Below are positions 28,064 to 34,434 of a stretch of 64,000 nucleotides of DNA, piece after piece; within the stretch, counting starts at the first letter, position 1; each line of letters starts with the position of its first letter. Below the pieces are notes generated by a model. The model ran no database searches. It was not told the origin of the DNA and saw only the letters and a list, made by a program, of their open reading frames with translations. The stretch is taken from positions 17,116 through 81,115 of the forward strand of contig DCHD01000002.1 of NCBI GenBank assembly GCA_002315565.1. Reading direction: 5' to 3'. Made by a program: the position numbers and the translations under genes. This DNA is from Solobacterium sp. UBA1761. Lineage in GTDB: Bacteria; Bacillota_I; Bacilli_A; Erysipelotrichales; Erysipelotrichaceae.

Positions 28064-28668
28064 ATGGCAGAAGTAAAACTAGTCAACATTAAGAAGATTT
28101 ATCCGTACTGAAAGAAGACAGAAAGAAGAGAAAAGAAGACAAGGCTGAAAAGAAAGTTAATCTTCAGATTACTGATGAAGAGTTCATTGAACTGTTGGCA
28201 AGAAAGAATGATTATTACAGGGAAATGCTGAAGGAACTTACTCCTGAGGCTGTACTTCCTGGAGTTCTTGATACTATTGAAATGCTAAAGAATAAAGGCA
28301 TCAGAATAGCACTTTTCTCTGTCAGCAAGAATACTCCGGCAATACTTGAAAGGCTGAATATTACTGAAGTCTTTGATGAAATTGTATGTGGAAATGACAT
28401 CGTTAATTCCAAACCTCACTATGAAGGTTATCTGCTCGCTAGTGACAGACTTGGAATTGATCCTAGACTATGTGCGATGGTAGAAGATTCAAAAGCAGGT
28501 ATCGAAGGCGCAAAAGCTCTTTCAATGAAGACTGTTGCTATTATGGAATCAAATATCTGTAATGCTGATGTCTGGATAACTTCTACGAGTGAACTTGGAA
28601 GAATTATTAGTTTAATAAAAGAACTGCTCGGGCAGTTCTTTTATATACGGACAGATATTAGTCTATAA
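28064..28668 (+). pseudogene. Decayed sugar-utilisation remnant: frameshifted N-terminal stub of an MsmX/MalK-type ABC ATPase fused to the C-terminal ~150 codons of beta-phosphoglucomutase
   Basis: ATG 28064 gives MAEVKLVNIKKIYPY then a stop. The +2 frame continues LKEDRKKRKEDKAEKKVNLQITDEE and runs directly into FIELLARKNDYYREML...SKPHYEGY...VEDSKAGIEGA (HAD motifs III/IV). HAD motif I (DxDG) and a proper start are missing. Confidence 0.6.
28617..28645 (+). terminator. Intrinsic terminator at the end of the pgmB remnant
   Basis: AAAAGAACTGC-TCGG-GCAGTTCTTTT. It lies inside the last codons of the open frame. Confidence 0.75.
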
Positions 28669-28669
28669 T
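28664..28669 (+). promoter_or_regulatory. -10 box for tldD-pmbA-TSCPD
   Basis: TATAAT 21 nt before the ATG, with AAGGAG in between. Confidence 0.4.
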
Positions 28670-28690
28670 CTAAATAAGGAGATTTTTATT

Positions 28691-30070
28691 ATGCTTAATA
28701 AATTTTTGAAGTCAAGAATCAAAACAGCAAAATCTTTAGTAAATGAACTTTCTAAGTCCTATGATTATGTTTCTGTTTTGGGTTCTTATGCAAAGACAAA
28801 ACGCATTGTTTCATCAACAAAAACAACTGGTATTGATGAAATGGATAATGAATGTGGATTTGTTATTAAGGTTTACAAAGACGGAAGATATTCTGAATAT
28901 TCATGTGATGATATTGATGGTTTAAGTGTCAATACTGTTAAAAAAGCTATCACTCTTAAAGATGTCCCTGAATTCAGGAAAGTACCTGTATTAAAAGAAG
29001 ATAAGACCGTTAAATCTTACGCAAGAGAAGATGGTCATCCTCTTGGCAATAAAGAGATACTTGAAAAGCTTGAAGCAATAAGACACGAACAGGAAAAATA
29101 CAATGAAAAGATTATTCTTTCCAATCTTGTATATATCAAGCACGAAGTGTCAAAGATATTTGTTTCAACAAATAAATGCCTTGATCAGAAGTATGACTGG
29201 ATTAACGGCATCATGGTTGTTGTAACAAGAGATGGCAACAATATCCAGCAGAATTTCCACACTGAAAATGAAGCAGACAGCGAACTTGTACTAAAGGAAC
29301 TTGATGAAGTTAAATTCAGAGAAGCTGATGTTGCATTGAAGATGCTGGAAGCTAAACCGATTGTTCCTGGTGTTTATGACATCATTACAGATCAGTCCAT
29401 ATCAGGCCTTATAGCTCATGAAGCATTCGGACACGGTGTTGAAATGGATATGTTTGTAAAAAACCGCGCAAAAGCTAAAGACTATGTAGGTAAATATGTA
29501 GCAAGTCCTATTGTCAATATGTATGATGGTGCTGCTAGTGCTTTATCTGCGGCTTCATACTTCTTTGATGATGATGGTGTTGAAGCTCATAATACCCAGA
29601 TTATCAAAGACGGTATTCTTGTTTCAGGTATTTCCGATTCTTTAAGTGCTCTTGAACTTGATAAAGAACCTACTGGTAATGGCAGAAGAGAATCTTATGA
29701 AAGAAAAGTTTATACAAGAATGACTAATACTTTCTTTGCGAAAGGAAAAGACAAGTTTGATGACATGGTCAAGTCAATTAAACATGGCTATTATCTCTGT
29801 CAGACCAACAACGGTATGGAAGATCCGAAGAACTGGCAGATTCAGTGTACAGCAGCTTATGGACTTGAAATAAAAGACGGTAAGTTTACAGGTGAGATTG
29901 TTGCTCCGGTTGTAATAAGCGGATATGTAGTAGATCTGCTTTCAAGCATTTCCATGGTATCTGATGATTTTAAAGTTATCGGTTCTGGAATGTGTGGTAA
30001 AGGTCACAAAGAATGGGTTTTTGTTTCTGATGGTGGACCAAATCTGAAAGCGAGGGCAAAGTTAGGCTAA
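28691..30070 (+). CDS. tldD: TldD-family metalloprotease
   Basis: HEAFGHGVE zinc motif. Full-length TldD-like architecture. SD AAGGAG. Confidence 0.9.
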   Translation: MLNKFLKSRIKTAKSLVNELSKSYDYVSVLGSYAKTKRIVSSTKTTGIDEMDNECGFVIKVYKDGRYSEYSCDDIDGLSVNTVKKAITLKDVPEFRKVPVLKEDKTVKSYAREDGHPLGNKEILEKLEAIRHEQEKYNEKIILSNLVYIKHEVSKIFVSTNKCLDQKYDWINGIMVVVTRDGNNIQQNFHTENEADSELVLKELDEVKFREADVALKMLEAKPIVPGVYDIITDQSISGLIAHEAFGHGVEMDMFVKNRAKAKDYVGKYVASPIVNMYDGAASALSAASYFFDDDGVEAHNTQIIKDGILVSGISDSLSALELDKEPTGNGRRESYERKVYTRMTNTFFAKGKDKFDDMVKSIKHGYYLCQTNNGMEDPKNWQIQCTAAYGLEIKDGKFTGEIVAPVVISGYVVDLLSSISMVSDDFKVIGSGMCGKGHKEWVFVSDGGPNLKARAKLG

Positions 30071-31332
30071 TGAAGACAAATGATATTATTAAAATTCTTA
30101 AAGAAAACAAGAAAATCGCTGATTATGAACTCACTGTTACAGAAAAGAAATCAAGAGAACTTTTCTATGTCCTTAAGAATCTGGAAATAAACCGTGCAAC
30201 CGAGATTACAAAAAACAGAATAACTGTCTATGTAGACAAAAAAGACAAACGCGGTTCTACAACCATAATGATTACTTCAAGTGATGATGAAAAATCAGTT
30301 GTTAAGAAAGTTAATGATGCTGTTGTAAAAGCTTCGCAGGCACTTAATCCATATTTCCCTTTACAGAACAAAACTGTCAATATAAAGGAAAAATGCGAAT
30401 TCAAAGAAGACCTCAATGAAGTTGCATTAAAGATTGGTAATGCAGTATTCAAAGCTGATGTTTATAAAGAGGGCTGGATTAACTCAACTGAAATATTTGT
30501 TTCCAAATATACAAAACATTTCATTAACTCAAAAGGAATTAATCACAGCTATGAATTCTTAAGATGTGAAGTTGAAGTAATTCCTACATGGTCAAACGGC
30601 AAAGAAGAATTTGAACTTTACAAATTCTTTGAGTCAGCCAAACCAGACTATAAACTCGTTACAAAAGAAGTAGAAGAAATACTTGAACTGGCTAAAAACA
30701 GAAGTATTGCCAAAAAGATTGATGAAGTTAAACTTCCTAAAAATCTGAAAGTACTTATTCAGGGCGATATGCTTAATAACCTGGTATGGAACTTTGCGAG
30801 TGAACTTTCTTACAGAGCCAATTACTATAAAGTTAATCATTATCAGCTTAAGGATGAAATATCAGGTGTTCCGTTTGATATTACATTAAAAGGTGTTGAC
30901 AAGAAATGTTCAAACTCATGCCCGTTTGATCAGAATGGTGTGGTACTTGAAAACAAGAAGATTATTAAATCTGGTAAAGCCGTTTCATTATGGGGCGATA
31001 TGCAGCATGCTCACTATCTTGATAATGCTGCTACAGGTAAATATTCAATCCTTGATTTAAAGGGCACTGAACTTGATTATGAAACTGACAAGCATTTAAT
31101 CATTTCCAATTTCTCAAGCCCACAGCTCGACGAAAACAGCGGTTATTGGGGCGGAGAAGTAAGACTTGCATTGTATTTTGACGGAAAGAAATATATTCCT
31201 GTTTCTAACTTCTCAATATCAGGGAATATCTTTGAAGATGTTAAGAAAATGCATGTTTCAAAAGAAAAGGCAGCTCAGCCAGATTACACTGGACCAAGAT
31301 ATCTGATATTTGAAGGACTGAATATATTCTAA
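30070..31332 (+). CDS. pmbA: PmbA/TldE-family protease partner
   Basis: TldD/PmbA-fold paralog lacking the HExxxH motif. Start overlaps the tldD stop (TAATG). Confidence 0.8.
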   Translation: MKTNDIIKILKENKKIADYELTVTEKKSRELFYVLKNLEINRATEITKNRITVYVDKKDKRGSTTIMITSSDDEKSVVKKVNDAVVKASQALNPYFPLQNKTVNIKEKCEFKEDLNEVALKIGNAVFKADVYKEGWINSTEIFVSKYTKHFINSKGINHSYEFLRCEVEVIPTWSNGKEEFELYKFFESAKPDYKLVTKEVEEILELAKNRSIAKKIDEVKLPKNLKVLIQGDMLNNLVWNFASELSYRANYYKVNHYQLKDEISGVPFDITLKGVDKKCSNSCPFDQNGVVLENKKIIKSGKAVSLWGDMQHAHYLDNAATGKYSILDLKGTELDYETDKHLIISNFSSPQLDENSGYWGGEVRLALYFDGKKYIPVSNFSISGNIFEDVKKMHVSKEKAAQPDYTGPRYLIFEGLNIF

Positions 31333-31341
31333 GGAGAAATT

Positions 31342-31587
31342 ATGATTTATAAATATAATCCACAGGGTGTATGTTCAAGTGAATTCACATTTGAAATTGA
31401 AGACAACAAAGTAAAGTCATTTAACGTAATAGGCGGATGTCATGGCAATCTTCAGGGTATTGGCAAGCTCTTAGAAGGCATGGATATTGATGAAGTAATC
31501 ACTAGACTTGAAGGTATAAGATGTGGCTTCAAGAATACTTCATGTCCAGACCAGATATCAAAAGCCTTAAAATCATTTAAAAGATAG
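31342..31587 (+). CDS. Small TSCPD-domain protein (TIGR03905-like)
   Basis: 81 aa with the pattern GVCS...GGCHGNLQGI...CG.K.TSCPDQ. An intrinsic terminator follows. Confidence 0.75.
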   Translation: MIYKYNPQGVCSSEFTFEIEDNKVKSFNVIGGCHGNLQGIGKLLEGMDIDEVITRLEGIRCGFKNTSCPDQISKALKSFKR

Positions 31588-31593
31588 TTAAAT

Positions 31594-31621
31594 AACCATC
31601 GTCTTAACGATGGTTTTATTT
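31594..31621 (+). terminator. Intrinsic terminator after the TSCPD gene; insulates the SipW-type operon
   Basis: AACCATCG-TCTTAA-CGATGGTT followed by TTATTT. Confidence 0.8.
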
Positions 31622-31694
31622 ACATTGTATTTTTGTGTTTGTATAATTAACTTGATACGTTATGTATTCTTTTTAATATGGAAAGGGGAACTAT

Positions 31695-32228
31695 ATGAAA
31701 AAAAGAAGTACTAAACTGATATTTGGTTTATTTGCACTAGTTGTATGTCTTGCTGTAGGCTTTGCTACTGTAAGTTCAGTTACACCAACTGCAACCGGTA
31801 GTGCCGCAATGAAAGACAGCAACCTTAATGTTGTTTTTGATGGAACACCTGTTTGTTCAGATACAACAAATGACTCTGCATCAATTGACTCAACTGATAA
31901 ACTGAAAGCTACATTCTCAGTTACAAACCTTGCAGCTGTAGGTGACACAAGAACTGTAACTTATACAGTAAAAAACAATGAGGTAGACCTTGCTGCAAAG
32001 ATTTATGTAGCAACTGCTGCCACTGATATTACAAATACTAAATCTGATTATTTTGAAGTAACTACAGATTGCACAGGAAGTTCTAATGCCAAGACTATTG
32101 CAAAGAATGGTGCAACTACAACTGTTGTTATTACTGTAAAACTTATTAAGGTTCCAACCGCTTCAGCTGACAGTTCTTCTACGATTACTGTTAAATTTAC
32201 TGCTGATCCAACACAGCCAACTGACTAA
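31695..32228 (+). CDS. Small secreted beta-rich protein with a SipW-cognate-like signal peptide (TasA/camelysin-like candidate subunit)
   Basis: SD AAGGGG. N-terminus is MKKRSTK plus a hydrophobic core ending VGFATVSSV. The mature part is Thr/Val/Ser-rich with alternating beta-strand patterns (TVTYTVKNN, TTTVVITVKLIKV, STITVKFTA). First gene of a 4-gene operon. Confidence 0.6.
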   Translation: MKKRSTKLIFGLFALVVCLAVGFATVSSVTPTATGSAAMKDSNLNVVFDGTPVCSDTTNDSASIDSTDKLKATFSVTNLAAVGDTRTVTYTVKNNEVDLAAKIYVATAATDITNTKSDYFEVTTDCTGSSNAKTIAKNGATTTVVITVKLIKVPTASADSSSTITVKFTADPTQPTD

Positions 32229-32234
32229 TCAATT

Positions 32235-33374
32235 ATGAAATCTGATAAGTTTAAAATCTATATACTTGAAGTTGTATTTGATTTTATGCTTATTTTGATG
32301 CTGTTTTATGACAAGCTTTCAAAACCTTTAGTCTGTACTGCGGTTTCTTTATTTGCTTTATTTGTATATTTTGTACAAGGGAAAAATACAGTAAAAATAA
32401 ATGGCAAAAACATTATTGTGTTTATGCTGATAGCGGGAATGATGTATCTTTGTGGATATTATCTTCTTGGATTGTATTTTGGCTTTATAAACAATAAACA
32501 GCTTCTGGTTTCTAATATAGTTACTGATTATGTGATTCCTGTAACATTGCTGATAACAGCAGGGGAATATATCAGAAGTGTATTTATTAGAAGCAATACA
32601 GAAATACGTATAAGATCATATAAAATTGATCTTTCAAACCTTCTTGTAAGTATTGGACTGATTGTTCTAGATTTTCTTATATACAATGGTATTTATGATT
32701 TAAGCAGTTTTTCGAATTTTATGACACTTGTTGGATATGTCGGATTTGCATCTTTTGCAAACAATATGTTATTCAACTACCTGTCAGAAAGATTTGATGT
32801 TAAAGGAATTATTGTATATCGACTTATCACTGTACTCTACATTTTTATCATCCCCGTAATTCCTGATGTAAGTACATATCTTAAGTCAGTACTGAGAATT
32901 ATTTATCCTTACATACTTTATCTGTTTATTGAAAAGGTCTATCCTTCAAAAACTGATAATGTTGGATACGTTTCAAAGAAAGTATCTAATGTGTTGAATG
33001 TTATTGTTATTATTCTTACCATTCTGGTTGGAATGCTTATATCCTGTAAATTCAGATATCGAATGCTGATTATAGGAACTGACAGTATGACTGGCACCAT
33101 CAATGCTGGCGATGCTGTTATCTATAAAGAATTCAAAGATGAAAGTCTGAGTGTTAATGGCGTTATAGTCTTTGATTATAATGGCATTAAAACTATTCAC
33201 CGTATTACTGATGCAAGAAAAGTAAACGGTGAAATAAGATACCTTACAAAAGGTGATGCCAACAGCAAGATTGATAACGGCTATCGTACAAGTGATGATG
33301 TTGAAGGTATTGTAAAACTAAGAATCAAATACATCGGTTATCCGACACTGTGGTTAAGATCGATGTTTGACTAA
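32235..33374 (+). CDS. SipW/ER-type (S26B) signal peptidase I fused to a ~250-aa N-terminal polytopic membrane domain
   Basis: C-terminal ~110 aa carry GTDSMTGT (catalytic Ser box), TIHRITD (His box) and TKGDANSKID (GDxN box). They are preceded by about 6-7 predicted TM helices with no His residue. Confidence 0.75.
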   Translation: MKSDKFKIYILEVVFDFMLILMLFYDKLSKPLVCTAVSLFALFVYFVQGKNTVKINGKNIIVFMLIAGMMYLCGYYLLGLYFGFINNKQLLVSNIVTDYVIPVTLLITAGEYIRSVFIRSNTEIRIRSYKIDLSNLLVSIGLIVLDFLIYNGIYDLSSFSNFMTLVGYVGFASFANNMLFNYLSERFDVKGIIVYRLITVLYIFIIPVIPDVSTYLKSVLRIIYPYILYLFIEKVYPSKTDNVGYVSKKVSNVLNVIVIILTILVGMLISCKFRYRMLIIGTDSMTGTINAGDAVIYKEFKDESLSVNGVIVFDYNGIKTIHRITDARKVNGEIRYLTKGDANSKIDNGYRTSDDVEGIVKLRIKYIGYPTLWLRSMFD

Positions 33375-33377
33375 AAA

Positions 33378-34430
33378 ATGAAGAAAGAACATGTAAACGA
33401 AAAACTTAAAAACATTGTTCTGCAGATTGTATTGATCTGTGTTTTAGTCGTGCTGTTTGTTCTTTCTCTAATTTTCTATAACAAGCTCAATCAGAACCGA
33501 TATGTCTGTTTCAATGAGTCCAGCAATATCTCTTATGATGTAAAACTTAAAGATAATCCTTTCCTTGATGAAACAAAGATTATCAGTTCTGAACAGGAAT
33601 ATCTTGATACACTCATTGAAAAGATAAACAGCACATTCAACTACTCTTTAAAGCTTGATCAGGAAGATCTTAATCTTGAATATGTTTATTATATTGATGC
33701 CAACATTGAAGTAAAAAACAGAAACAGCAGCAAATACCTTTACCGTTATTCTGAATATTTGTTGAATGAAACGGAAAAGAAAGCTGTAAATGAAGGCATA
33801 AACATATCAGAAGCAACTGTAATTGACTATAACCGTTATAACAGTAAAATAAAAGAATTTGTTAATGCATATGGGCTTGACAGTGCCGATGCGCTTCTTA
33901 CAGTTTCGCTCCATGTTGTATTACTTGACAACAACTGTCAGCTTGTTGAATGCAATCAGGATGAATCAATAGTTTCTCTTGAGATTCCTCTGACTGAAAA
34001 AACTGTAAATATTGATATTGTTGACAATCTTGTTAATTCATCTACGCGTTTCCAATTGTGTGAAGAAAACAGAATTCTAAAGAATGTTCTTTTGGTTTTT
34101 ACCGTGATTGATGTATTGGCACTAGTTATTGCTGTATACAGATTTATTGCATTAAATATCGCTTCAAAATCTGCACAGGAAAAATACAGAAGAGAACTTG
34201 GCCGAATTGTAAGCAATTATGCATCATATATTCAGGAGATTGAAGAAGAGATTGATATCAGCAGATATGAAAGCTGGAAAATCAAGAACTTCGAAGATCT
34301 TATTGAAATATCTGAAAGAATCAATCAGCCAATTCTTAAAGTAGAGAATATTGAACTTATGTATACCAATTTTGTTGTGCCTGTAAGTGACAGCAGAATA
34401 TATGTTTATAGAATAGAAGTTGAAGAATAA
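33378..34430 (+). CDS. Two-TM membrane protein of unknown function (possibly DUF5305-like)
   Basis: TM1 IVLQIVLICVLVVLFVLSLIFY, a ~200-aa extracytoplasmic segment, TM2 VLLVFTVIDVLALVIAVYRFIAL, and a ~90-aa charged C-terminal tail. The gap to each neighbouring gene is only 3-4 nt. Confidence 0.5.
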   Translation: MKKEHVNEKLKNIVLQIVLICVLVVLFVLSLIFYNKLNQNRYVCFNESSNISYDVKLKDNPFLDETKIISSEQEYLDTLIEKINSTFNYSLKLDQEDLNLEYVYYIDANIEVKNRNSSKYLYRYSEYLLNETEKKAVNEGINISEATVIDYNRYNSKIKEFVNAYGLDSADALLTVSLHVVLLDNNCQLVECNQDESIVSLEIPLTEKTVNIDIVDNLVNSSTRFQLCEENRILKNVLLVFTVIDVLALVIAVYRFIALNIASKSAQEKYRRELGRIVSNYASYIQEIEEEIDISRYESWKIKNFEDLIEISERINQPILKVENIELMYTNFVVPVSDSRIYVYRIEVEE

Positions 34431-34434
34431 CATT

